26,177 nucleotides of DNA from Vitrella brassicaformis CCMP3155 (taxonomy: Eukaryota > Protista > Chromerida): assembly GCA_001179505.1 (NCBI GenBank), contig CDMY01000734.1:1-26177 (forward strand). Reading direction: 5' to 3'. Positions within the stretch are counted from its first letter, which is position 1. Each line of letters begins with the position of its first letter. Both the position numbers and the translations under genes were made by a program. This document shows, in pieces, positions 9,301 through 20,600 of this stretch. The notes below the pieces were generated by a model. It made no database searches, was not told where the DNA came from, and was given only the letters and a program-made list of their open reading frames with translations.

Positions 9301-11194
9301 ATGGCATGCCCTCCTTGTCGAAGGCACTCATGCGGCCGGCCTCAGGCACGGGCATCTCACCGAAACGCACCTCACTCAGCTGCACGCACAAGACAACACA
9401 ACACAACACAGCACAGCACAGCACACAGGGGCATGCACGAAAGAAGGGTGCGCTCCTTGTCTGTCTGCTGCCTCTCTCACCACTTTGACGGTTCCTGTCT
9501 TGGCCAGCTCTCTCATGTCGATGGTCAGCACACGCGGCCCCCCCATGTCGATGTCTGTGCGGGGGCTGTCCAAACCATCACCATCACCATCAGCATCAAC
9601 AGCATCGCCTTCTCTCTCTCCTCCATCGGCCTTGTCTTGTGTGCGTGTAGAATGCGATTGCCGCTGGTGCCTGCCGGTGAGCATGGCGCCTGTGTCGAGC
9701 AACTCGTAGATGGGCAGCAGGCAGGACGGGGGCAGGCCAGGCACACGCTTTGGCAGACAGACAGACAGACAGACGGACAGAGAGGATGCGTGTACTTGTG
9801 TGGATGTGTAGATGCGCATATGCGCTCTCTCTGTCTTACATGTAGGAATTTCCGTGCGATGACGGGGTCGACCCCCGCGTCGCCGCAGACCATTCCGCCC
9901 TGCTTGAGGAACTCCAGGTGTGCCGCCACGGGCCCCTCCCGCGCCTTGCGCATCATCTGCGTCATGGCCATGGTCGACATGGCCATCACCGAACACCGCA
10001 TCTCACCCGCCACCCGCGACAGGAACGACACGGGCTTGTTCCAGAAGGACAGGGGGGAGGTCAGCAGGGTCTCCATCCCCAGATACGCCGTCGTGAGGGC
10101 GAAGTATATCAGACCCGCGCCGTGCGAGAGAGGCAGCCACGAGAAGGCCCGGCATGGGTGGGAGAGGAGGATCTCTGACTCCTGGTTGCGCCGCCAGTAG
10201 AACGCCGTCAAGTCCTGTTTGTCGATTGACGGCACCTCGTTTAGCATGAGGTTTTTCTCCATCTCTTTCACCCGCCAGAGGGCCTCAAGGTCGCCCTTTG
10301 CGATGTAGCGCTCCTTGTCTTGTGTGAACTTGGTGGCGTAGAGGTCCCTCTCGGCCTCGTCAGAGATGGGAACGGCCGTGGCGTAGGCGCACAGCATGTC
10401 ACGCAGCTGAGCGTGGGTCAGGATGGCGAGCCGTGTGTCGTACTCGGTGTGGAGGATGCACGCCCTGTCCTCCCCCCTGACCTCCGCCGGCAGCTTGGTG
10501 GTGTCGTCGATGAGAGTACTGGCGATGTCTAGCGGGAATTTGCTCGTGTCGACGAACCGCACAGTGCAGCCCTTGAGCTTGTCGGTCCGGCTGGGGCCGT
10601 CCATCAGCTTGAACAGGCAGGGGTCGGTCAGGACGGCTGCAGGTTTGACCATGCCTAGCATCTCGAAGAAGTAGTGGTTGGACTCTCGCCGAGGGGTGTC
10701 CGGCCGGTCCTGCGGGTCGCACAGCCGCTGGCAGAAGGGCACGATGCCGTACATCAGACACGCCAAAAACACCACTATGAAATCCTGCCAGGCCAGCACA
10801 CACACATGCACAAGCAACGGATGCAATGCAGCCCAGCCAGGTCTAAGCATAATGTTCGTTTTTTCTCCCTTGATTCAGTCAATATATTTCTCACACACCT
10901 CACCAGGGATGGCATGAACCAGAGGACTGCGATGTCGCCCTTCTTGAGCTTGACCCAGTTGTGTAGGTACCACCCCATCCGCCTCACCTCACGCGCCAGC
11001 TGCCCATAGGTCAGCCACCGAACCACCTCGGCGTGGTCGTCGCACCACCGATACGCCATCCGGTCGGGGAAGTGCTTCGCCCACACCTTGTCTATCATCT
11101 CGTGCAGCAGGTAGTCCACCTCCGGGTGGACAGCCACCTCGGCCATGGCGGCGGCTGCAGGCCCGCCTGCCTGGACATTGGTCGAGGCAGCCAT
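5797..11194 (-). CDS. Fatty acyl-AMP ligase (FAAL)-like adenylation-fold protein with degenerate core motifs and a long C-terminal extension containing an EF-hand-like loop
   Basis: 5' exons: 11194-10904, 10784-9840, 9747-9481, 9379-9103, 8976-8861, 8776-8689, 8571-8489, 8431-8291, 8205-8113. Further phase-consistent exons run to the stop at 5797-5799. FAAL-type motifs: PDRMAYRW...LTYGQLAREVRR, GDIAVLWFMPSLDFIVVFLACL, SWLPLSHGAGL, SPLSFWNKPVSFL, LRIVNPFTREVCPAGVCGEIYFKG, YYRTHDVGFMHDGELFLLG. The ATG could alternatively be the MAEVAV start about 48 nt downstream. The downstream exon boundaries are less certain. Confidence 0.85.
7323..7622. other. Assembly gap (300 N) flanked by C homopolymers, probably inside an intron of the FAAL-like gene
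   Basis: The N run is flanked by C21 (7302-7322) and C11 (7623-7633). The minus-strand exons on either side join in phase 2 (...EKM-AG|G-AEYKELC...), so no coding sequence need be missing. Confidence 0.9.
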
Positions 11195-11542
11195 GATGAT
11201 GATGAGACGGACGGACGAAGATCAGGGAGATGGACACGGCAAGTCGGATAGGGTGCTCAGGGCGAATGGATGGATGGGCTGCATGCGCCTTGAAAAGAGA
11301 CGGCAGACGAAGCGGGAACGCCTTGAGCGTGGATGGCAGATGGACAACACCAGTCGGGCCCCGATGCTACGCAATGCCGAGAGAATGACAGACACGACTC
11401 AGACGCGCTTTCCCTTCGCGTGCGAGCTGCAATCTGCGAGCTAAGCCCGCAGCTGCCGGAGGCAGCGGCTTCCGCTCCCCTTCCCTCCCCAGCTCTGTGT
11501 TGCTGACGTTCCTATGTCCCCATTTCTGCCGATCCCCGTGGA
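11195..11542. promoter_or_regulatory. Probable bidirectional promoter between the FAAL-like gene (-) and the DnaJ gene (+)
   Basis: The head-to-head start codons at 11194 and 11543 are about 350 bp apart. No specific element was identified. Confidence 0.55.
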
Positions 11543-12599
11543 ATGAGCGCCTCATGTGGCTTCCTTCGTCGGAGTCTGCCGCGACTGAACCTCTACATCC
11601 GCCTGGGAGTCCGTCAAAACGCTTCACCTGAAGAAATCAAAGCCGCCTTCCGCGAACTGGCCAAGAAGTAAGCAACACAGCTGCTAGTTGTTCATTGGTG
11701 GTCATCTGTGTGCCTGTCTGTCGCGCCAGGTATCATCCTGACCTCAATCCCGGCCTCCCCGAAGCTCTCGAGAAGGTCAGATCCACAGAGTGAAGTGAGC
11801 ACTAAGGTTTCGCACGTGTGTGTGGAGTGTGTTGTGTGGCGTTGGATGTATGGTATGGATGTGTGTGAAGTTCAAGAAGATCCAGGAAGCGTATTCGGTT
11901 CTGTCCAACGATTCGTCGCGGCGTCAGTACGACAGCTCCAGCCACTGGGACGGCGATGTGTGGCCCAACCGGTCACGGCCGCCACCCGGTGCACGCCCGT
12001 GGGGGCCGTCCGATAGAGACAATGTGTGGAACAAGACCGAGACCATGGGCCACTTCAACTGGAGGAAACGGCACGAGGAGTGGGCCAGACGAGAGGCCAG
12101 CCACTACGCGGACACTGACTCGACCGACGATGGTGGTGGTGACTCAGCCGACGGGTCAGCAGCGTCATCCGCCACCGCATCGCCTAGCAGCAGCAGCCGC
12201 AGCGGGCGGTCGCGTCCGATCTTCCGGACGAGCGAGGCCAACGCGGAGGCCATGAGGAAGCGGATGAGCCGGGAGGAGCTCGAGGAAGCTGAAAGGGAGC
12301 GCGACGCACAGATGGACGCGTGGCGTGCCGAGGTGGAGCGCCAATTCGCGCAGATGAAGCAGGCCAAGGAGGAGGCAGAGGGCCCGCAGCTGGGCGTGGC
12401 GTCGGGGTGGTTCCGTCGGCGGCACCAAACGGCGAGTGAGTCGGCGCACGAGCGGTTCGAGAAGAAGAAGGACGTGTGGGACCGGGCAGAGGCGCGGGAG
12501 GCAGCGGATACGTGGTGGGTGAGGTTGCGGGGGGCGCTGTTTGTCGCGGTGGCCGCTCCGCTGGTGTTCACATTCGGAAAAGTGTTTCTCTATGGGTGA
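11543..12599 (+). CDS. J-domain (DnaJ class C) co-chaperone with C-terminal transmembrane helix, possibly mitochondrial
   Basis: Exons 11543-11667, 11730-11775, 11871-12599. The J domain reads [63 protein letters not shown], with HPD intact. The N-terminus is R/S-rich and acid-free (MSASCGFLRRSLPR). The C-terminal segment LRGALFVAVAAPLVFTFGKVFLYG is hydrophobic. Confidence 0.93.
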
Positions 12600-13356
12600 A
12601 TTACTTTATGGGGGTCTGTCCAGCCATCTGTTGCTTGATTTTTCGACGAGTGCGTCGTCGCGCGCGAGCTTTGTTGTTACCAGAGCCTGTACGCCACGAT
12701 GGCTTGGCTTGGCTGGAGGATCAGTGACAGGTGGGCTGATGGATGAGACCCGGGATGGGCTGTTTACTTTTTTCTTCTGGGCGAGAGCAGTCAGGTCAGA
12801 CCCGGGGGGTCAATCATGATGTGTGTACAGTCATCAGTGCGATCTGTGTGGGTGTGGGTGTCGATGGTTGGTGGGTATTTTTCTCTCCCTCTCTGCTTGT
12901 CGGCCGCCACGTGCTCTCTCAGGCGCGGCAAAGGTGTATCAAGATTCGTTGCTTGTCGTGTGTGTTATGAGTGAGCTGCATGGCTCGCTGGGTGGCTCTC
13001 CCATATAGTGAGTGAGTGATCCAATTCGTGAGAAGCGACAGACACGAATGCATTCAAGTGGGCGGTGTCGACGGACATGGCAACGTAGCTTAGCTTGATT
13101 GAAGCGATCGATTGGCCTTCAATCAATCGTGGGCATGCACACACATCAATCATCTCATCAAACAAAATCGATTACACAAGCACAAACAAAGCGAACAAAG
13201 CGATGCATATTCGTCGTACACACGCCTCTATTATCTCTATCCACACATCGTGTCGTGCACGAAATGAATGACAGGCAGCAGCAAAAACCTCTCACATCGC
13301 TCACTCACTCACTCATGTAGACACAACACACGTCAGTCAGTCAGTCCGAATCCATC

Positions 13357-13835
13357 TCACTCAGTCGAGGTCAGGTACTCGACATCACACCAGTTGACAC
13401 ACACACCGTCGGCAGCCGTCTGTGTCAGCCAGTACTCGTGCAGCTCATTACGCACAGCAATACCAATCACTTCACACAAAGACAGCCGGACGCCATGCAG
13501 CGCGAAGAGGCCTGTCGCGTACGAGTTCCCCTTGCTGTCAATCTCCCTCGCAGCCGTCCTGACATAATGGTTGACAGCCCCGTTGACATGCTGGCGCAGC
13601 TTGTCGGCACCCACAGTAATAGGAGCCGGTGGATCAAGTAGATACGCCGTCAGCTGAGAAGACTGGCCTTCTTGTTGTCTTGGATCGGTATCTGCCTCGT
13701 GAGGGAAGCAGAGATTGCGCGGACGGGGCGGAGGGCGGCGTTGATGGTCCTCATGACGATTCGTTTCGGCAGAGTCTCGCTGAGGAAGAACTGGTATGCG
13801 TCCCTGGCAGAGGCAGGCAAAGTGGCCCCGGCTCT
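13357..13835 (-). pseudogene. Frameshifted gene remnant (C-terminal part of a probable lineage-specific expanded family)
   Basis: Two adjacent protein-like frames, AGATLPASARDAYQFFLSETLPKRIVMRTINAALRPVRAISASLTRQIPIQDNKKASLL and QLTAYLLDPPAPITVGADKLRQHVNGAVNHYVRTAAREI...WCDVEYLTSTE*, join if 1 nt is added near 13650-13661. There is an in-frame TAG just upstream, and no start codon or usable acceptor was found. The resemblance to Vitrella hypothetical ankyrin-associated families is from memory and unverified. Confidence 0.5.
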
Positions 13836-13916
13836 CTACTCTGTGCAGCGGCCTGTTGCAGTGGATGGATGTCCCTAACTGGTCGACTGCAAAATAGACG
13901 CCTCAGGGGAGACCTC

Positions 13917-13917
<1 letters not shown>

Positions 13918-13948
<31 letters not shown>
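13918..13948 (+). repeat. C31 homopolymer followed by (CA)n
   Basis: Directly visible run. Confidence 0.9.
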
Positions 13949-13962
<14 letters not shown>

Positions 13963-14621
13963 ACTCTTACTTCATATGCACACGATAAACAAGAAGGGCA
14001 CACATGGAGTGGACTGATGGATGGCATGGCAGACGTCACGGGGTGGTGCCCAGTGGCACCAGAGTGTTTTGATGGTGTGTTGGTCGGCTGTTGGTCGGTC
14101 GGAGGGGTCGCGAGTCTCACCAGGGGAGCGGCTCAGCGACACACAGACATTCCCTTCTGTCTCTCCCTCTCCCTTGCCCATGGACGGATGGACGCCAGCT
14201 GAGCCGCCAATGCCGCGGGCGGCTGTCGACTTGGGCGCAGTCTGCACGACCATTCGACACACAGGGCACAAACACAACCACATACATGTCTCGGCATGTT
14301 TGGTTTCCTCGTGCATCGTGCATCTGTCGCCACCGGTGTGCATACGTACCGTGTTGGTGCGGTGTAGCTGAGAGAGGGAGGGAAGACGATGCCATGCCAC
14401 CTCGTGTCGGGTGGCGGTGCAGGTCCTCGGCTTCGTTTATAGTGAGGAGGACCCCTGGTCGCTGGCGAACGGACCACTTCACCAGCTGCCGCACTCTTCG
14501 ACTACTCGCACTCCGTGAGCACTTTCATAGGCCAGACCACGGAAATGGTCTGTGACTGGGTGGTTTCTGATCACCGCAGTCGTCTCGTGCTTCCGCCTCA
14601 GGGGAATGAGGACAGAGAGGG

Positions 14622-14735
14622 CGGGTCTGCCGGAATGGCCTCGCCCGCCCCACACGAGTGAGTGACCAACGGGTCTGCCGGATGGCCTCGCCCGCCGCTC
14701 ACTTGACCAACGGGTCTGCCGGATGGCCTCGCCCG
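14622..14735 (+). repeat. Three spaced copies of a 25-26 nt GC-rich hairpin-forming unit upstream of the Rolling-stone-like gene
   Basis: CGGGTCTGCCGGA(A)TGGCCTCGCCCG occurs at 14622-14647, 14670-14694 and 14711-14735. Copies 2 and 3 are preceded by TGACCAA. Confidence 0.9.
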
Positions 14736-14942
14736 TCGATACGCACGAAATTCCGTGAAACCGCTCTCTCTGGCTGCTGAGCTCGTTCAACGAAACTGGC
14801 CTGTTCGGTGTTCTCGACGACGTGAACTAAGCCTATCTGCTTCCTTGACGAAGATCCTGCTGCGCTCGGCTCAACTGGGCCGATCCAGAATCGGCGCTTG
14901 TTGGCGGATCCATCGTGGTGACTCATCTCGGCTGCTTTGACA

Positions 14943-16984
14943 ATGCTAGAGCCTCCGCTGCCCGCGCCTCCAGCGGATTCTCGGTCTAATGGCCATTTGC
15001 CAGCAGCCGCGGCACGCATCGAGTCATTCGAGATCTGCGATGCCGACAGCCCGCTCCCCCTCCCCTCCTATCAGTACTCAGCCAGCCAAGACCGGTCCTC
15101 CTCGCGGCAATGGCGATGGCTCAGGTGCTGCAGGTGCTTTGCCGTCAGCGAGTGCAGCGTTATCGTGGCATTACGGCACGAGTGGAGCAAGGACTCGCTG
15201 CACCTGGGGTATCTGACGGAGGCCGGCACTCCCTGGTTCGAGCTATTCGCCACCTCTGTGTGGCCGGCATGCATGCCGCCTGTCGTGCTGCTGCGGGTGC
15301 GGTACGGCGAGGCTGTCGCATCGGTCCTTCTGCTCTGTGCGTGGCTGCTATACGTCGGCCTGGCGTGGCAGCAGCTGCGGACGTTCCTGTGCTACTTCAC
15401 CGATTGGTCGATGGTGCTGGTGGTGGCATACAGCGTATCGATGGCACTGACTGGGCGGTATGCTTGTCGGGAACAGATCCTGTATGAGGCCAGCACACGA
15501 CAGCCGCACGAGCTGCTGAGGATACCGCGGATCGAGGTGTCGCTGGACGGGACGCCAAACACTATCGGGACGGCCAGTGAGACCACCGGCGGATCCACAC
15601 AGAGAGCTGCCTCATCCGTCAGGTCCGTCAGCCAGCCACACACAGCACACATCGACAAGACGTGCACTTCTCCTCTCCCTCCCTCCCTCCCTCACTCTCT
15701 CTTTCTGTGTGTGTGTGTGTGTGTGTGTGGCCGCCCCGTCAGCGCTCTGGAGTTCCTGCCGCCCACTGCCCAGGTCTCCTGGTTCTTTTTCGGGCCATCG
15801 TTGTGCTTTTCCATCTATTCGACAATCACGTCGTGGTCAGTGCAGTGCCTGCCTGCCACAGAAACATACACTTGTGATCACATCACGTGTAGTGTGCTCA
15901 TACGCATCAGTCATGTGCGTGTCTGTCTGTCTGTGCTGACCCAACTACTGTCTGTGCTGACCCAACTAACAGGCACTCACTGCGTCCCAAAGATCCCCCA
16001 GCATCATACGTCCTTTCCCCCGTCCCCCAACTACTACACGCCCTCATGACGGCTGTCATCCTCCTCGACGCGGCCGTCGGTCGCATCCCTTTCCGCATGT
16101 TCCACGCCGCCTACGTCACGGCATTCGCTTTTGCGTTTTTCGTCTTCTCAGCCATCTACAAGTTGGCAAGTGGGGGTCAGGGGCTGCCTGAGGGCACCCC
16201 CATTGAGGCTCTGTTTGACTACTCGAGCGTCCACTCGGGGTTTGAAGCCGTCGGCTGGAGCTTACTGGCGTTCTTTGGGCTGCTGTTGACGCATGCATCC
16301 TTGTGGCTTGCGCTGCTGCTTTGGCGCACACACGGTGTGCCCCTCACGCCATGCTATCGGCGGCCGACGGAGCGGCAGGCGACGGACCACAGCTCCACCA
16401 CCCCGCAGCATAGATACCAGCCGCAGCGGGAGGAGACCAACGGGCAGCGCCAGTCGCAAGAGCAGACCTTACCCAGCAAGACGTTCTTCGAGTCTCTCCC
16501 CTCCGTGCCGCCCCTCCCAGCCTTGCTTGGCCTCTCACGACAGCGCCCCACAGCCCAGCCAGAGCCGGCCATCGTCCCCCCAATGGCCGTAAGCGGCAGC
16601 ATTGAGCTGACCCGACGGGCCAGAAGGCAGAGTAGGAGGGAGAGACGAGGCGGCCGCGGCACGAGGGGCAGGAGAAGGGGCAGGAAGGCGTCGCGGCGCC
16701 AAACAGGTGGCACTGTGCGCCAGTCATGGCCGGATCGCTTCACGGGGGCGTCGATGATAGGCGAGCTACGGTCTGTGAGCGGTCTGGGCGAGTACGATCA
16801 GATATCGTCGATTCGGAGCTCCGGGTCGGGTGCGGCGCGGAGCGGCAGTGGGTGGCTGTCGAGGGAGGGGTCGGCGTCGTTTCACTCATCGATCGACATT
16901 GAGGGAGATGGGGAGGAGGATGGCGACTATGGGGGCTATGGAGACATTGAGGAGACGGAGGATGAGGGGGCGCAGAGCGCGTGA
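14943..16984 (+). CDS. Rolling stone-like (FAR-17a/AIG1-related) multi-pass membrane protein
   Basis: Exons 14943-15622, 15743-15835, 15973-16984 are phase-consistent. Motifs FLCYFTDWSMVL (cf. IYLTNW), QLLHALMTAVILLDAAVGRIPFRMFHAAYVTAFAFAFFVFSAIY (cf. HG.N....D.......P.R..H...P......Y..FS.IY) and PIEALFDY are present, with about 6 hydrophobic segments and a low-complexity C-terminal tail. Confidence 0.8.
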
Positions 16985-17647
16985 GTGGATCGATCGCATT
17001 GCGACTGTGGGTGGGGGGAGGGAGGGGTGGGCCTGTTAGTCACGTCACCCACATGTGCCTGATCGAGTGATTACAGACGGTCTGTATCATGTTTGTTGTG
17101 TTTCGGCGAATGGCTGCGTGATTGAGAAGATTTGTGGTACCTACCGGTGTGTGTGTGAGATTCGCATGGTCACGTGAGCATTTCGAGTACACGCCAATGC
17201 GGTGACCGAGTGGGTGAGTCAGTGAGTGAGCTGTGCTATGTACTTTGTCACGTGTGTCGGCCGCGGGCACTGCGGTTGGTACAGACAGTACAGTGTGTCG
17301 TCCAGTGCCTTTATCCATCCCTCCTTACACAGCCATGGGGGGACATTGCCCTTTTTGGCTTGCACTGCAGGCACGTCCATGTGAACCGAAATACGGCCGG
17401 CCACAAGAATTCAATTCGCAGCTGCACTGCATGCATTCAATGTATGTATGTGCCGTGCATCACACACTCGAGTAGTGAGTCGGTCGGCGTCCATATCCAA
17501 TGGAGGCACCAGACCAGCACCAAACATGCATACAGACCACACAGACCCAATGGACGTATCTGTGTATGCGATTTGCGATCTCCGTCCGTCCGTCCGTCCG
17601 TCCGGCCATCCCGAGCCATGACAGATGGACAACACGTCTCTAGCTCC

Positions 17648-20600
17648 TTATTCGTCAAACTGTCTGCCTTGCCTCTTACACACACGACTGCCCATGGATA
17701 CGGACAGCTTCATCACTCACTTGTGTTCGCATGCGTTGGGTCTGTCTGCCAGGACCTTGGCGTCTGCACAGTAATTCAACTCGATCTGCGCACACATCCA
17801 CCCACACCACACAGGCAGCCAAACACAGTGAGTGAGACACGCGCCTCATCCCTCCCTCCATAGTTGTGTGTGTCGACGGGGTGTCTGGTGCCTGTGGTGT
17901 GTTGTTTCTCTGCCCGGGGCCGATCGGCACGCTCCCAGTGAAGCTGACTCACAGCCACACACACACACACGTGTGTGGGTGTGGTGTGCGCCGCTTGTGT
18001 GTGTGTGAGCATCCCTTACTTGCGGCCCGCGACCGACATGGTGACATCTGCCGTAAAGGCCTTCCATGGCTCAGCCAGGGTGCCCCCGCCGCCCTTCGAC
18101 CAATCCACCAACGTCACAGAATCTACACACACACATGACGGGGAGACACACATCAGACATTGCCCTTTTGTTGCCACGTGTGCGGTGTCTGGCCGACCGT
18201 ATGGTGCGCGTGTGTTGTCCGTGTTGACGATGGTGAATGCCCACTGGTCAGCCAGGGAGGGCGATGTGGGGTCGGGCGTGTAGGCACTCGAGTGGAATCC
18301 GCTGTACAGGCAGCCCTCGTACCTGCACACACCCACTCAGACAGGCATGCACACATTTGCACGGACTGCATGGCCGTGTCCCCCTTCATTTCTCTGCCGC
18401 TTACGTGGCCAAGGGCCGCCTGCCGGCCACAATGAAGGACCCACCTGGACATCCCATCCACGCACAAGCAAGACACACAGATAGAAATACATACACTGAT
18501 GTCTGTCTGTCTGTCTGTGTGGCAGTGGACGAGTGTCTGTGTGTGTGTGCCCACCTTCCGTGTCAGGGAATGCGCCTATGTGCACGGCGGCCTTGCATAT
18601 GGCCGACCTGCCCGAGTAGGTGAAACATCCCTCAACCTCGTCATTGAACGTCGGATCCTTCTACACACACAATCACAGACACACACACACACACACACGA
18701 GAGCATCTCGTCCACTGCTCCACACACACAGAGAGGGACACCTGTCTGTCCGTCCATCTGTCTGTCTGTCTGTCTGTGTGCGTAGCCACGCACTCACTGA
18801 CCGGGCATGGAGGGCACTTTCTCCGGTAGGCAGTGAAGTCGGCCCCGATGGCGTCGATGAAGGTCGTGTTGCAGTCCAGCAGCAACTCATCACCTACAAG
18901 ACAAGACAAGACAAGACAAGACAAGACACACGGGGAGGGATGTTCACACCCAGTGCAGTGCGCGTGTCTCTGTCTCTGTTTAATTACTGCGTGGGCACCA
19001 TGAGGTTGCCTGGACAGCTTGGCCTGGTCTCCCCACCTTCACACACACACACACACACAAATGTGTTGTGATCGATCCAAAAAGGGACCGGTCTGCATTT
19101 GGCAGGCAGGGCTCCCTCCTGTGCCTCACTTGAGACAGTGCCATTCGTCTAGCTCAGCAAAGTACACTGGAAAGGACGTGTTGCGCGTGTTGGGACAATC
19201 GTCCTCCCTCAATCAACCACACACACACAGACAGACAGACAGACAGAGACAATCGGGCCGGATGGAGTGTGAGTTGCCTGTCCTTCAGTGGCTCAGCCAC
19301 TCACTCACTCCAGCAGTGCGCTGCCGAGGAGGAATATGTGCAGCCACAGCACCAAAGCAACGCCAAGACACCCGTCCAAACACCACCACACACACAACTA
19401 CATAAACAATTTGTCCCACATGCCAACAAATCGACACACAGAAACGATATAACAATGTCTCTGTCTCTCTCTGCCGCACTCACTTTAGCCCTGGACTGTC
19501 CCAATTTGGCACGTTTGCGTGTCTCAGCGAAGACAAACACGAGCAGCGACGCGAGAATGGCGGCGGAGGCGCCGAAGGCATACGGCTTGGTGCGGCCGCC
19601 GAGCACCACCACAAACAGAGCCAACACACCCGCTGGCACCCCTAGCACCAACCGAAGGCCCAACATGGGCCTAACCAAAGCGCAAAGTGCACACAAACAC
19701 ATCCCACCCATGTGTATGTATGTGCCGGCCGGTTGTCCATATGGGTTCACCTGAGCAGAGTGGCGGTCTGCATGGTTTCGCCCAGCAGCATAGCGGCAAG
19801 CAGTATAATGGCACACAGCGCCGCAAGCACCAACAGAGGCCACTCCACCGGCGGATACAGCAATGCCGCCATCTCAACTGGACGACAGCAATCACACACA
19901 CAGACAAAAACACGCATGCCATCCTGTCCACAGAGCGGCCGGACCCCCTCACACACCACACCACACTTGTGTGTGTGCCTACATCTATTGTACAGGTTCT
20001 TGTGCGGCGCGCTGGCCTCCGTCCATGCGAGGAAGAGGAAGAGCGAGTCCACCATGGCCAGCAGCAGCAGCAGCGAGTGCACCACCCATTTGTCGCACGT
20101 GAACTCCCGCGTGTAGACATCCACCGGCTCGCCTTTGTATTGCATGTCGCCGAGCTGGGGCTGCTGCTGCTGCCGCCTCGAGGGGGATTTAGAAGGGGAC
20201 TTGGAGGGCGATTTAGATGGAGATTTGCTGCTGGGTGATCTGTCTTCTGGCTCCGGGGTCTCAGGCACCTGCACGAGCCGCCTCATGTGGCTCACAAAGA
20301 CGTCCTGCCCATGCACCACAGAGACAGAGAGAACAGCACAAACATGGGCCCGGGGAGAGAGACAGATCACAACCGTCCCATCCATCATTCCTCTCCTCTC
20401 ATACATACATACTTACGTCAAGGAATGTTTCAATGCCGCTTTCCTCCAGCGGTGTCACGTTCACTATCGTCACATCTGTCGGCTCGTCTCCCTTCCCCTT
20501 GGCTGCGTCTCCCTCAGCCCCAACTGGCAGCGGCAGCGTCAGTGCCCCACCTGCAGCCTCCGCAGGCTGGCCGGCAGCCGTCTCCTCCTCCTGCTGCTCT

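Noticed and set aside
5797-11194. Naming the gene DIP2, or an NRPS/PKS loading module
   Set aside because: Only one FAAL-like domain is present (DIP2 has two), and no ACP (GxDS), condensation or ketosynthase motifs were seen.
14117-14494. Minus-strand ORF as an upstream exon of the 13.4-13.8 kb relic
   Set aside because: It has no ATG, I could not establish a frame-consistent junction, and no motif was recognisable.
14622-14735. CRISPR-like repeat-spacer array
   Set aside because: There are only three units, the spacers are short (22 and 16 nt) and share a terminal 7-mer, there are no cas genes, and the context is an intron-rich eukaryotic genome.
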